From the NCBI RefSeq assembly GCF_964355755.1, contig NC_092676.1:12634771-12698770 (forward strand): a DNA stretch of 64,000 bases, written 5' to 3'. This document shows positions 38,501-53,500 of this stretch, piece after piece. Below the pieces are notes generated by a model. It was given only the letters and a program-made list of their open reading frames with translations. It searched no databases and had not been told where the DNA came from. This DNA comes from Antedon mediterranea. Lineage: Eukaryota > Animalia > Echinodermata. How positions within the stretch are numbered: position 1 is the first letter of the stretch; each line of letters opens with the position of its first letter. The position numbers and the translations under genes are program-made.

Positions 38501-41500
38501 TCGATAAAACTTTTCACACAAAAACATAAAAGTGAACAGAATAGCTTCAAATTGCATTTGGAGACGTTTTAGAGCATTTTGTGCATTTCGATAAAATGTG
38601 TTAACATAAAAAGACCAAAGTGTTTAGAATATCTTCAAATCACATTTGGAGACGTTTTAGAGCATTTTGAGCATTTCGATAAAACTTTTCACACAAAAAC
38701 ATCAAATTGCACAAAATAGCTTAATATCGTGTTTGAAAACGTTTTAAACCATTTTGAGCATGTCGATAAAACTTTTCACACAAAAATATCAAAGTGCACA
38801 GAATATCTTCAAATCGCATTTAGAGACGTTTTAGACCATTTTGTGCATTTCGAAAAAATTTGTTAACATAAAAAAACCAAAGTGTTTAGAATATCTCCAA
38901 ATCGCATTTGGAGACGTTTTAGACCATTTTGTGTTTTTCGAAAAAACTTTTCACACAAAAACATCAAAGTGTACAAAATTCCTTCAAATCGCATTTAGAG
39001 ATGTTTTAGACCATTTTGTGCATTTCGAAAAAATTTGTTAACATAAAAAGACCAAAGTGTTTAGAATATCTCCAAATCGCATTTGGAGACGTTTTAGACC
39101 ATTTTGTGCATTTCGATGACACTTGGTTACACAAAAACATCAAAGTGCTTAAAATCACATTTAAAACCGTTTTAGAGCGTTTTGAGCATTTCGATAAACT
39201 TTTCAAACAAAAACATCAAAGTGTACAAAATAGCTTCAAATCGTATTTGGAGACGTTTTAGACCATTTTGTGCGTTTCGATGAATCTTGGTTACACAAAA
39301 ACATCAGAGTGCTTAAAATCAAATTTAAAACCGTTTTAGTGCATTTTGAGCATTTCGATAAAACTTTTCACACAAAAACATCAAAGTGCACAAAATAGCT
39401 TCAAATCGCATTTAGAGATGTTTTAGACCATTTTGTGCGTTTCGATAAAACTTTTCACACAAAAACATCAAATTGCACAAAATAGCTTAATATCGTGTTT
39501 GAAAACGTTTTAGACCATTTTGAGCATGTCGATAAAACTTTTCACACAAAAACATCAAAGTTTACAAAATAGCTTCAAATCACATTTGGAGACGTTTTAA
39601 ACCATTTTGTGCATTTCGAAAAAAACTTTTTAACATAAAAACACCAAAGTGCTTAGAATAGCTTCAAATCGCATTTGGAGACGTTTTAGACCATTTTGTG
39701 CATTTCGATGAAACTTGGTTACACAAAAACATCAAAGTGCTTAAAATCACATTTGAAACCGTTTTAGAGCATTTTGAGCATTTCGATAAAACTTTTCACA
39801 CAAAAACATCAAAGTTTACAAAATAGCTTCAAATCACATTTGAAACCGTTTTAGACCATTTTGAGCATTTCGATAAAACTTTTCACACAAAAACATCAAA
39901 GTGTACAAAATAGCTTCAAATCGCATTTGGAGACGTTTTAGACCATTTTGTGCATTTCGATGAAACTTGGTTACACAAAAACATCAAAGTGCTTAAAATC
40001 ACATTTGAAACCGTTTTAGACAATTTTGAGCGTTTCGATAAAACTTTTCACAAAAATAAATCAGAGTGCACAAAATAGCTTCAAATCGCATTTGGAGACG
40101 TTTTAGACTATTTTGTGCATTTCGAAAAAATTTGTTAACATAAAAAGACCAAAGTGTTTAGAATATCTCCAAATCGCATTTGGAGACGTTTTAAACCATT
40201 TTGTGCATTTCGATGGAATTTGGTTACACAAAAACATCAAAGTGCTTAAAATCACATTTAAAACCGTTTTAGAGCATTTTGAGCATTTCGATAAAACTTT
40301 TCATACAAAAACATCAAAGTGTACAAAATAGCTTCAAATCGCATTTAGAGACGTTTTAGACCATTTTGTGCATTTTGATAAAACTTTTCACACAAAAACA
40401 TCAAATTGCACAAAATAGCTTAATATTGTGTTTGAAAACGTTTTAAACCATTTTGAGCATGTCGATAAAACTTTTCACACAAAAATATCAAAGTGCCCAG
40501 AATATCTTCAAATCGCATTTAGAGACGTTTTAGACCATTTTGTGCATTTCGAAAAAATTTGTTAACATAAAAAGACCAAAGTGTTTAGATTATCTCCAAA
40601 TCGCATTTGGAGACGTTTTAGACCATTTTGTGTTTTTCGAAAAAACTTTTCACACAAAAACATCAAAGTGTACAAAATTGCTTCAAATCGCATTTAGAGA
40701 GGTTTTAGACCATTTTGTGCATTTCGATAAAACTTTTCACACAAAAACATCAAAGTGCACAGAATATCTTAATACCGTGTCTGAAATCGTTTTAAACCAT
40801 TTTGAGCATGTCGATAAAACTTTTCACACAAAAACATCAAAGTGCACAGAATATCTTCAAATCGCATTTAGAGACGTTTTAGACCATTTTGTGCATTTCG
40901 AAAAAATTTGTTAACATAAAAAGACCAAAGTGTTTAGAATATCTCCAAATCGCATTTGGAGACGTTTTAGACCATTTTGTGCATTTCGATGAAACTTGGT
41001 TACACAAAAACATCAAAGTGCTTAAAATCACATTTGAAACCGTTTTAGAGCATTTTGAGCATTTCGATAAAACTTTTCACATAAAAACATCAAAGTGTAC
41101 AAAATAGCTTCAAATCACATTTGAAACCGTTTTAGACCATTTTGAGCATTTCGATAAAACTTTTCACACAAAAACATCAAAGTGTACAGAATAGCTTCAA
41201 ATCGCATTTGGAGACGTTTTAGACCAATTTGTGCATTTCGATGAAACTTGGTTACACAAAAACATCAAAGTGCTTAAAATCACATTTGAAACCGTTTTAG
41301 AGCATTTTTAACATTTCGATAATACTTTTCACACAAAAACATCAAAGTGTACAAAATAGCTTCAAATCGCATTTGGAGACGTTTTAGACCATTTTGTGCA
41401 TTTCGATGAAACTTGGTTACACAAAAACATCAAAGTGCTTAAAATCACATTTGAAACCGTTTTAGAGCATTTTGAGCATTTCGATAAAACTTTTCACACA

Positions 41501-44500
41501 AAAAAATCAAAGTGCACAAAATAGCTTCAAATCGCATTTGGAGAGGTTTTAGACCATTTTGTGCATTTCGATAAAACTTTTCACACAAAAACATCAAAGT
41601 GTACAAAATAGCTTCAAATCGCATTTAGAGACGTTTTAGACCATTTTGTGCATTTCGATGAAACTTGGTTACACAAAAACATCAAAGTGCTTAAAATCAC
41701 ATTTAAAACCGTTTTAGAGCGTTTTGAGCATTTCGATAAACTTTTTACACAAAAACATCAAAGTGCACAAAATAGCTTCAAATCGCATTTAGGGATGTTT
41801 TAGACCATTTTGTGCATTTCGATAAAACTTTTCACACAAAAACATCAAATTGCACAAAATAGCTTAATACCGTGTTTGAAATCATTTTAAACCATTTTGA
41901 GCATGTCGATAAAACTTTTCACACAAAAACATCAAAGTGCTCAGAATATCTTCAAATCGCATTTAGAGACGTTTTAGACCATTTTGTGCATTTCGAAAAA
42001 ATTTGTTAACATAAAAAGACCAAAGTGTTTAGAATATCTCCAAATCGCATTTGGAGACGTTTTAGACCATTTTGTGCATTTCGATGAAAATTGGTTACAC
42101 AAAAACATCAAAGTGCTTAAAATCACATTTGAAACCGTTTTAGAGCATTTTGAGCATTTCGATAAAACTTTTCACACAAAAACATCAAAGTGTACAAAAT
42201 AGCTTCAAATTGCATTTAGAGACGTTTTAGACCATTTTGTGCATTTCGATAAAACTTTTCACACAAAAACATCAAATTGCACAAAATCGTTTTAAACCAT
42301 TTTAAATCGTTTTAAACCATTTTGAGCATTTCGATAAAACTTTTCACACAAAAACATCAAAGTGTACAAAATAGCTTCAAATCACATTTGAAACCGTTTT
42401 AGACCATTTTGAGCATTTCGATAAAACTTTTCACACAAAAACATCAAAGTGTACAAAATAGCTTCAAATCGCATTTGGAGACGTTTTAGACCATTTTGTG
42501 CATTTCGATGAAACTTGGTTATACAAAAACATCAAAGTGCTTAAAATCACATTTAAAACCGTTTTAGAGCATTTTTAGCATTTCGATAAAACTTTTCACA
42601 CAAAAACATCAAAGTGTACAAAATAGCTTCAAATCGCATTTAGAGAGGTTTTAGACAATTTTGTGCATTTCGATCAAACTTTTCACACAAAAACATCAAA
42701 GTGTACAAAATAGCTTCAAATTGCATTTAGAGACGTTTTAGACCATTTTGTGCATTTCGATAAAACTTTTCACACAAAAACATCAAATTGCACAAAATCG
42801 TTTTAAACCATTTTAAATCGTTTTAAACCATTTTGAGCATGTCGATAAAACTTTTCACAAAAAACATCAAAGTGCACAGAATAGCTTCAAATTGCATTTG
42901 GAGACGTTTTAGAGCATTTTGTGCATTTCGATAAAATGTGTTAACATAAAAAGACCAAAGTGTTTAGAATATCTTCAAATCACATTTGGAGACGTTTTAG
43001 ACCATTTTTTGCATTTCGATGAAACTTGGTTACACAAAAACATCAAAGTGCTTAAAATCACATTTGAAACCGTTTTAGAGCATTTTGAGCATTTCGATAA
43101 AACTTTTCACACAAAAACATCAAAGTGTACAAAATAGCTTCAAATCGCATTTAGAGACGTTTTAGACCATTTTTTGCATTTCGATGAAACTTGGTTACAC
43201 AAAAACATCAAAGTGCTTAAAATCACATTTAAAACCGTTTTAGAGCATTTTTAGCATTTCGATAAAACTTTTCACACAAAAACATCAAAGTGTACAAAAT
43301 AGCTTCAAATCGCATTTAGAGAGGTTTTAGACAATTTTGTGCATTTCGATAAAACTTCTCACACAAAAACATCAAAGTGTACAAAATAGCTTCAAATTGC
43401 ATTTAGAGACGTTTTAGACCATTTTGTGCATTTCGATAAAACTTTTCACACAAAAACATCAAATTGCACAAAATCGTTTTAAACCATTTTAAATCGTTTT
43501 AAACCATTTTGAGCATTTCGATAAAACTTTTCACAAAAAACATCAAAGTGTTTAGAATATCTTCAAATCACATTTGGAGACGTTTTAGACCATTTTTTGC
43601 ATTTCGATGAAACTTGGTTACACAAAAACATCAAAGTGCTTAAAATCACATTTGAAACCGTTTTAGAGCATTTTGAGCATTTCGATAAAACTTTTCACAC
43701 AAAAACATCAAAGTGTACAAAATAGCTTCAAATCGCATTTAGAGACGTTTTAGACCATTTTGTGCATTTCGAAAAAATTTGTTAACATAAAAAGACCAAA
43801 GTGTTTAGAATATCTCCAAATCGCATTTGGAGACGTTTTAGACCATTTTGTGCATTTCGATGAAACTTGGTTACACAAAAACATCAAAGTGCTTAAAATC
43901 ACATTTGAAACCGTTTTAGAGCATTTTTAGCATTTCGATAATACTTTTCACACAAAAACATCAGTGTACAAAATAGCTTCAAATCGCATTTGGAGACGTT
44001 TTAGACCATTTTGTGCATTTCGATGAAACTTGGTTACACAAAAACATCAAAGTGCTTAAAATCACATTTGAAACCGTTTTAGACCATTTTGAGCATTTCG
44101 ATAAAACTTTTCACACAAAAAAATCAACGTGCACAAAATAGCTTCAAATCGCATTTGGAGACGTTTTAGACTATTTTGTGCATTTTTAAAAAATTTGTTA
44201 ACATAAAAAGACCAAAGTGTTTAGAATATCTCCAAATCGCATTTGGAGACGTTTTAAACCATTTTGTGCATTTCGATGGAACTTGGTTACACAAAAACCT
44301 CAAAGTGCTTAAAATCACATTTAAAACCGTTTTAGAGCATTTTGAGCATTTCGATAAAACTTTTCACACAAAAACATCAAAGTGTACAAAATAGCTTCAA
44401 ATCGCATTTAGAGAGGTTTTAGACCATTTTGTGCATTTCGATAAAACTTTTCACACAAAAACATCAAAGTGTACAAAATAGCTTCAAATCGCATTTAGAG

Positions 44501-47500
44501 ACGTTTTAGACCATTTTGTGCATTTCGATAAAACTTTTCACACAAAAACACCAAATTGCACAAAATAGCTTAATACCGTGTTTGAAATCGTTTTAAACCA
44601 TTTTGAGCATGTCGATAAAACTTTTCACAAAAAAACATCAAAGTGCACAGAATAGCTTCAAATCGCATTTGGAGACGTTTTAAACCATTTTGAGCATTTC
44701 GATAAAACTTTTCACACAAAAACATCAAAGTGTACAAAATAGCTTCAAATCGCATTTAGAGAGGTTTTAGACCATTTTGTGCATTTCGATAAAACTTTTC
44801 ACACAAAAACATCAAATTGCACAAAATAGCTTAATATCGTGTTTGAAAACGTTTTAAACCATTTTGAGCATGTCGATAAAACTTTTCACACAAAAATATC
44901 AAAGCGCACAGAATATCTTCAAATCGCATTTAGAGACGTTTTAGACCATTTTGTGCATTTCGAAAAAATTTGTTAACATAAAAAGACCAAAGCGTTTAGA
45001 ATATCTCCAAATCGCATTTGGAGACGTTTTAGACCATTTTGTGCATTTCGATGAAACTTGGTTACACAAAAACATCAAAGTGCTTAAAATCACATTTAAA
45101 ACCGTTTTAGAGCGTCTTGAGCATTTCGATAAACTTTTCACACAAAAACATCAAAGTGCACAAAATAGCTTCAAATCGCATTTAGAGATGTTTTAGACCA
45201 TTTTGTGCATTTCGATAAAACTTTTCACACAAAAACATCAAATTGCACAAAATAGCTTAATACCGTGTTTGAAATCGTTTTAAACCATTTTGAGCATGTC
45301 GATAAAACTTTTCACAAAAAAACATCAAAGTGCACAGAATAGCTTCAAATCGCATTTGGAGACGTTTTAAACCATTTTGTGCATTTCGATAAAACTTTTC
45401 ACATAAAAACATCAAAGTGTCCAAAATAGCTTCAAATCGCATTTAGAGACGTTTTAGACCATTTTGGGCATTTATAAAAGTGCTTAAAATCACATTTCAA
45501 ACCGTTTTAGAGCATTTTGAGCATTTCGATAAAACTTTTCACACAAAAACATCAAAGTGCACAAAATAGCTTTAAATCGCATTTAGAGATGTTTTAGACC
45601 ATTTTGTGCAATTCGATAAAACTTTTCACACAAAAACATCAAAGTGCACAAAATAGCTTCAAATCGCATTTAGAGATGTTTTAGACCATTTTGTGCATTT
45701 CGATAAAACTTTTCACACAAAAACATAAAAGTGAACAGAATAGCTTCAAATTGCATTTGGAGACGTTTTAGAGCATTTTGTGCATTTCGATAAAATGTGT
45801 TAACATAAAAAGACCAAAGTGTTTAGAATATCTTCAAATCACATTTGGAGACGTTTTAGACCATTTTTGGCATTTCGATGAAACTTGGTTACACAAAAAC
45901 ATCAAAGTGCTTAAAATCACATTTAAAACCGTTTTAGAGCATTTTGAGCATTTCGATAAAACTTTTCACACAAAAACATCAAAGTGTACAAAATAGCTTC
46001 AAATCGCATTTAGAGACGTTTTAGACCATTTTGTGCATTTCGATAAAACTTTTCACACAAAAACATCAAATTGCACAAATAGCTTAATACCGTGTTTGAA
46101 ATCGTTTTAAACCATTTTGAGCATGTCGATAAAACTTTTCACAAAAAAACATCAAAGTGCACAGAATAGCTTCAAATCGCATTTGGAGACGTTTTAAACC
46201 ATTTTGTGCATTTCGATAAAACTTTTCACATAAAAACAACAAAGTGTACAAAATAGCTTCAAATCGCATTTGGAGACGTTTTAGACCATTTTGTGCATTT
46301 CGATGAAACTCATCAAAGTGCTTAAAATCACATTTGAAACCGTTTTAGAGCATTTTGAGCATTTCGATAAAACTTTTCACACAAAAACATCAAAGTGTAC
46401 AAAATAGCTTCAAATCACATTTGAAACCGTTTTAGACCATATTGAGAATTTCGATAAAACTTTTCACACAAAAACATCAAAGTGTACAAAATAGCTTCAA
46501 ATCGCATTTGGAGACGTTTTAGACCATTTTGTGTATTTCGATGAAACTTGGTTACACAAAAACATCAAAGTGCTTAAAATCACATTTGAAAGCGTTTTAG
46601 AGCATTTTTAGCATTTCGATAATACTTTTCACACAAAAACATCAAAGTGTACAAAATAGCTTCAAATCGCATTTGGAGACGTTTTAGACCATTTTGTGCA
46701 TTTCGATGAAACTTGGTTACACAAAAACATCAAAGTGCTTAAAATCACATTTAAAACAGTTTTAGAGCATTTTGAGCATTTCGATAAAACTTTTCACACA
46801 AAAACATCAAAGTGTACAAAATAGCTTCAAATCGCATTTAAAGAGGTTTTAGACCATTTTGTGCATTTCGATAAAACTTTTCACACAAAAACATCAAAGT
46901 GTACAAAATAGCTTCAAATCGCATTTAGAGACGTTTTAGACCATCTTGTGCATTTCGATAAAACTTTTCACACAAAAACATCAAATTGCACAAAATAGCT
47001 TAATATCGTGTTTGAAAACGTTTTAAACCATTTTGAGCATGTCGATAAAACTTTTCACACAAAAATATCAAAGTGCACAGAATATCTTCAAATCGCATTT
47101 AGAGACGTTTTAGACCATTTTGTGCATTTCGAAAAAATTTGTTAACATAAAAAGACCAAAGTGTTTAGAATATCTCCAAATCGCATTTGGAGACGTTTTA
47201 GACCATTTTGTGCATTTCAATGAAACTTGGTTACACAAAAACATCAAAGTGCTTAAAATCACATTTGAAACCGTTTTAGAGCATTTTTAGCATTTCGATA
47301 ATACTTTTCACACAAAAACATCAAAGTGTACAAAATAGCTTCAAATCGCATTTAGAGAGGTTTTAGACCATTTTGTGCATTTCGATAAAACTTTTCACAC
47401 AAAAACATCAAAGTGTACAAAATAGCTTCAAATTGCATTTAGAGACGTTTTAGACCATTTTGTGCATTTCGATAAAACTTTTCACACAAAAACATCAAAT

Positions 47501-50500
47501 TGCACAAAATCGTTTTAAACCATTTTAAATCGTTTTAAACCATTTTGAGCATGTCGATAAAACTTTTCACAAAAAACATCAAAGTGCACAGAATAGCTTC
47601 AAATTGCATTTGGAGACGTTTTAGAGCATTTTGTGCATTTCGATAAAATGTGTTAAAATAAAAAGACCAAAGTGTTTAGAATATCTTCAAATCACATTTG
47701 GAGACGTTTTAGACCATTTTTTGCATTTCGATGAAACTTGGTTACACAAAAACATCAAAGTGCTTAAAATCACATTTGAAACCGTTTTAGAGCATTTTGA
47801 GCATTTCGATAAAACTTTTCACACAAAAACATCAAAGTGTACAAAATAGCTTCAAATCGCATTTAGAGACGTTTTAGACCATTTTTTGCATTTCGATGAA
47901 ACTTGGTTACACAAAAACATCAAAGTGCTTAAAATCACATTTAAAACCGTTTTAGAGCATTTTTAGCAATTCGATAAAACTTTTCACACAAAAACATCAA
48001 AGTGTACAAAATAGCTTCAAATCGCATTTAGAGAGGTTTTAGACAATTTTGTGCATTTCGATAAAACTTTTCACACAAAAACATCAAAGTGTACAAAATA
48101 GCTTCAAATTGCATTTAGAGACGTTTTAGACCATTTTGTGCATTTCGATAAAACTTTTCACACAAAAACATCAAATTGCACAAAATCGTTTTAAACCATT
48201 TTAAATCGTTTTAAACCATTTTGAGCATTTCGATAAAACTTTTCACAAAAAACATCAAAGTGCACAGAATAGCTTCAAATTGCATTTGGAGACGTTTTAG
48301 AGCATTTTGTGCATTTCGATAAAATGTGTTAACATAAAAAGACCAAAGTGTTTAGAATATCTTCAAATCACATTTGGAGACGTTTTAGACCATTTTTTGC
48401 ATTTCGATGAAACTTGGTTACACAAAAACATCAAAGTGCTTAAAATCACATTTGAAACCGTTTTAGAGCATTTTGAGCATTTCGATAAAACTTTTCACAC
48501 AAAAACATCAAAGTGTACAAAATAGCTTCAAATCGCATTTAGAGACGTTTTAGACCATTTTGTGCATTTCGAAAAAATTTGTTAACATAAAAAGACCAAA
48601 GTGTTTAGAATATCTCCAAATCGCATTTGGAGACGTTTTAGACCATTTTGTGCATTTCGATGAAACTTGGTTACACAAAAACATCAAAGTGCTTAAAATC
48701 ACATTTGAAACCGTTTTAGAGCATTTTTAGCATTTCGATAATACTTTTCACACAAAAACATCAAAGTGTACAAAATAGCTTCAAATCGCATTTGGAGACG
48801 TTTTAGACCATTTTGTGCATTTCGAAGAAACTTGGTTACACAAAAACATCAAAGTGCTTAAAATCACATTTGAAACCGTTTTAGACCATTTTGAGCATTT
48901 CGATAAAACTTTTCACACAAAAAAATCAAAGTGCACAAAATAGCTTCAAATCGCATTTGGAGACGTTTTAGACTATTTTGTGCATTTTGAAAAAATTTGT
49001 TAACATAAAAAGACCAAAGTGTTTAGAATATCTCCAAATCGCATTTGGAGACGTTTTAAACCATTTTGTGCATTTCGATGGAACTTGGTTACACAAAAAC
49101 ATCAAAGTGCTTAAAATCACATTTAAAACCGTTTTAGAGCATTTTGAGCATTTCGATAAAACTTTTCACACAAAAACATCAAAGTGTACAAAATAGCTTC
49201 AAATCGCATTTAGAGACGTTTTAGACCATTTTGTGCATTTCGATAAAACTTTTCACACAAAAACATCAAATTGCACAAATAGCTTAATACCGTGTTTGAA
49301 ATCGTTTTAAACCATTTTGAGCATGTCGATAAAACTTTTCACAAAAAAACATCAAAGTGCACAGAATAGCTTCAAATCGCATTTGGAGACGTTTTAAACC
49401 ATTTTGTGCATTTCGATAAAACTTTTCACATAAAAACAACAAAGTGTACAAAATAGCTTCAAATCGCATTTGGAGACGTTTTAGACCATTTTGTGCATTT
49501 CGATGAAACTCATCAAAGTGCTTAAAATCACATTTGAAACCGTTTTAGAGCATTTTGAGCATTTCGATAAAACTTTTCACACAAAAACATCAAAGTGTAC
49601 AAAATAGCTTCAAATCACATTTGAAACCGTTTTAGACCATATTGAGAATTTCGATAAAACTTTTCACACAAAAACATCAAAGTGTACAAAATAGCTTCAA
49701 ATCGCATTTGGAGACGTTTTAGACCATTTTGTGTATTTCGATGAAACTTGGTTACACAAAAACATCAAAGTGCTTAAAATCACATTTGAAAGCGTTTTAG
49801 AGCATTTTTAGCATTTCGATAATACTTTTCACACAAAAACATCAAAGTGTACAAAATAGCTTCAAATCGCATTTGGAGACGTTTTAGACCATTTTGTGCA
49901 TTTCGATGAAACTTGGTTACACAAAAACATCAAAGTGCTTAAAATCACATTTAAAACAGTTTTAGAGCATTTTGAGCATTTCGATAAAACTTTTCACACA
50001 AAAACATCAAAGTGTACAAAATAGCTTCAAATCGCATTTAAAGAGGTTTTAGACCATTTTGTGCATTTCGATAAAACTTTTCACACAAAAACATCAAAGT
50101 GTACAAAATAGCTTCAAATCGCATTTAGAGACGTTTTAGACCATCTTGTGCATTTCGATAAAACTTTTCACACAAAAACATCAAATTGCACAAAATAGCT
50201 TAATATCGTGTTTGAAAACGTTTTAAACCATTTTGAGCATGTCGATAAAACTTTTCACACAAAAATATCAAAGTGCACAGAATATCTTCAAATCGCATTT
50301 AGAGACGTTTTAGACCATTTTGTGCATTTCGAAAAAATTTGTTAACATAAAAAGACCAAAGTGTTTAGAATATCTCCAAATCGCATTTGGAGACGTTTTA
50401 GACCATTTTGTGCATTTCAATGAAACTTGGTTACACAAAAACATCAAAGTGCTTAAAATCACATTTCAAACCGTTTTAGAGCATTTTTAGCATTTCGATA

Positions 50501-53500
50501 ATACTTTTCACACAAAAACATCAAAGTGTACAAAATAGCTTCAAATCGCATTTAGAGAGGTTTTAGACCATTTTGTGCATTTCGATAAAACTTTTCACAC
50601 AAAAACATCAAAGTGTACAAAATAGCTTCAAATCGCATTTAGAGACGTTTTAGACCATTTTGTGCATTTCGATAAAACTTTTCACACAAAAACATCAAAT
50701 TGCACAAAATAGCTTAATACCGTGTTTGAAATCGTTTTAAACCATTTTGAGCATGTCGATAAAACTTTTCACAAAAAAACATCAAAGTGCACAGAATAGC
50801 TTCAAATCGCATTTGGAGACGTTTTAAACCATTTTGAGCATTTCGATAAAACTTTTCACACAAAAACATCAAAGTGTACAAAATAGCTTCAAATCGCATT
50901 TAGAGAGGTTTTAGACCATTTTGTGCATTTCGATAAAACTTTTCACACAAAAACATCAAATTGCACAAAATAGCTTAATATCGTGTTTGAAAACGTTTTA
51001 AACCATTTTGAGCATGTCGATAAAACTTTTCACACAAAAATATCAAAGCGCACAGAATATCTTCAAATCGCATTTAGAGACGTTTTAGACCATTTTGTGC
51101 ATTTCGAAAAAATTTGTTAACATAAAAAGACCAAAGTGTTTAGAATATCTCCAAATCGCATTTGGAGACGTTTTAGACCATTTTGTGCATTTCGATGAAA
51201 CTTGATTACACAAAAACATCAAAGTGCTTAAAATCACATTTAAAACCGTTTTAGAGCGTTTTGAGCATTTCGATAAACTTTTCACACAAAAACATCAAAG
51301 TGCACAAAATAGCTTCAAATCGCATTTAGAGATGTTTTAGACCATTTTGTGCATTTCGATAAAACTTTTCACACAAAAACATCAAATTGCACAAAATAGC
51401 TTAATATCGTGTTTGAAATCGTTTTAAACCATTTTGAGCATGTCGATAAAACTTTTCACACAAAAACATCAAAGTGCACAGAATATCTTCAAATCGCATT
51501 TAGAGACGTTTTAGACCATTTTGTGCATTTCGAAAAAATTTGTTAACATAAAAAGACCAAAGTGTTTAGAATATCTCCAAATCGCATTTGGAGACGTTTT
51601 AGACCATTTTGTGCATTTCGATGAAACTTGGTTACACAAAAACATCAAAGTGCTTAAAATCACATTTGAAACCGTTTTAGAGCATTTTGAGCATTTCGAT
51701 AAAACTTTTCACACAAAAACATCAAAGTGTACAAAATAGCTTCAAATCACATTTGAAACCGTTTTAGACCATTTTGAGCATTTCGATAAAACTTTTCACA
51801 CAAAAACATCAAAGTGTACAAAATAGCTTCAAATCGCATTTGGAGACGTTTTAGACCATTTTGTGCATTTCGATGAAACTTGGTTACACAAAAACATCAA
51901 AGTGCTTAAAATCACATTTGAAACCGTTTTAGACCATTTTGAGCATTTCGATAAAACTTTTCACACAAAAAAATCAAAGTGCACAAAATAGCTTCAAATC
52001 GCATTTGGAGACGTTTTAGACTATTTTGTGCATTTCGAAAAAATTTGTTAACATAAAAAGACCAAAGTGTTTAGAATATCTCCAAATCGCATTTGGAGAC
52101 GTTTTAAACCATTTTGTGCATTTCGATGGAACTTGGTTACACAAAAACATCAAAGTGCTTAAAATCACATTTAAAACCGTTTTAGAGCATTTTGAGCATT
52201 TCGATAAAACTTTTCACACAAAAACATCAAAGTGTACAAAATAGCTTCAAATCGCATTTAGAGACGTTTTAGACCATTTTGTGCATTTTGATAAAACTTT
52301 TCACACAAAAACATCAAATTGCACAAAATAGCTTAATATTGTGTTTGAAAACGTTTTAAACCATTTTGAGCATGTCGATAAAACTTTTCACACAAAAATA
52401 TCAAAGTGCCCAGAATATCTTCAAATCGCATTTAGAGACGTTTTAGACCATTTTGTGCATTTCGAAAAAATTTGTTAACATAAAAAGACCAAAGTGTTTA
52501 GATTATCTCCAAATCGCATTTGGAGACGTTTTAGACCATTTTGTGTTTTTCGAAAAAACTTTTCACACAAAAACATCAAAGTGTACAAAATTGCTTCAAA
52601 TCGCATTTAGAGAGGTTTTAGACCATTTTGTGCATTTCGATAAAACTTTTCACACAAAAACATCAAAGTGCACAGAATATCTTAATACCGTGTCTGAAAT
52701 CGTTTTAAACCATTTTGAGCATGTCGATAAAACTTTTCACACAAAAACATCAAAGTGCACAGAATATCTTCAAATCGCATTTAGAGACGTTTTAGACCAT
52801 TTTGTGCATTTCGAAAAAATTTGTTAACATAAAAAGACCAAAGTGTTTAGAATATCTCCAAATCGCATTTGGAGACGTTTTAGACCATTTTGTGCATTTC
52901 GATGAAACTTGGTTACACAAAAACATCAAAGTGCTTAAAATCACATTTGAAACCGTTTTAGAGCATTTTGAGCATTTCGATAAAACTTTTCACACAAAAA
53001 CATCAAAGTGTACAAAATAGCTTCAAATCACATTTGAAACCGTTTTAGACCATTTTGAGCATTTCGATAAAACTTTTCACACAAAAACATCAAAGTGTAC
53101 AGAATAGCTTCAAATCGCATTTGGAGACGTTTTAGACCATTTTGTGCATTTCGATGAAACTTGGTTACACAAAAACATCAAAGTGCTTAAAATCACATTT
53201 GAAACCGTTTTAGAGCATTTTTAACATTTCGATAATACTTTTCACACAAAAACATCAAAGTGTACAAAATAGCTTCAAATCGCATTTGGAGACGTTTTAG
53301 ACCATTTTGTGCATTTCGATGAAACTTGGTTACACAAAAACATCAAAGTGCTTAAAATCACATTTGAAACCGTTTTAGAGCATTTTGAGCATTTCGATAA
53401 AACTTTTCACACAAAAAAATCAAAGTGCACAAAATAGCTTCAAATCGCATTTGGAGAGGTTTTAGACCATTTTGTGCATTTCGATAAAACTTTTCACACA

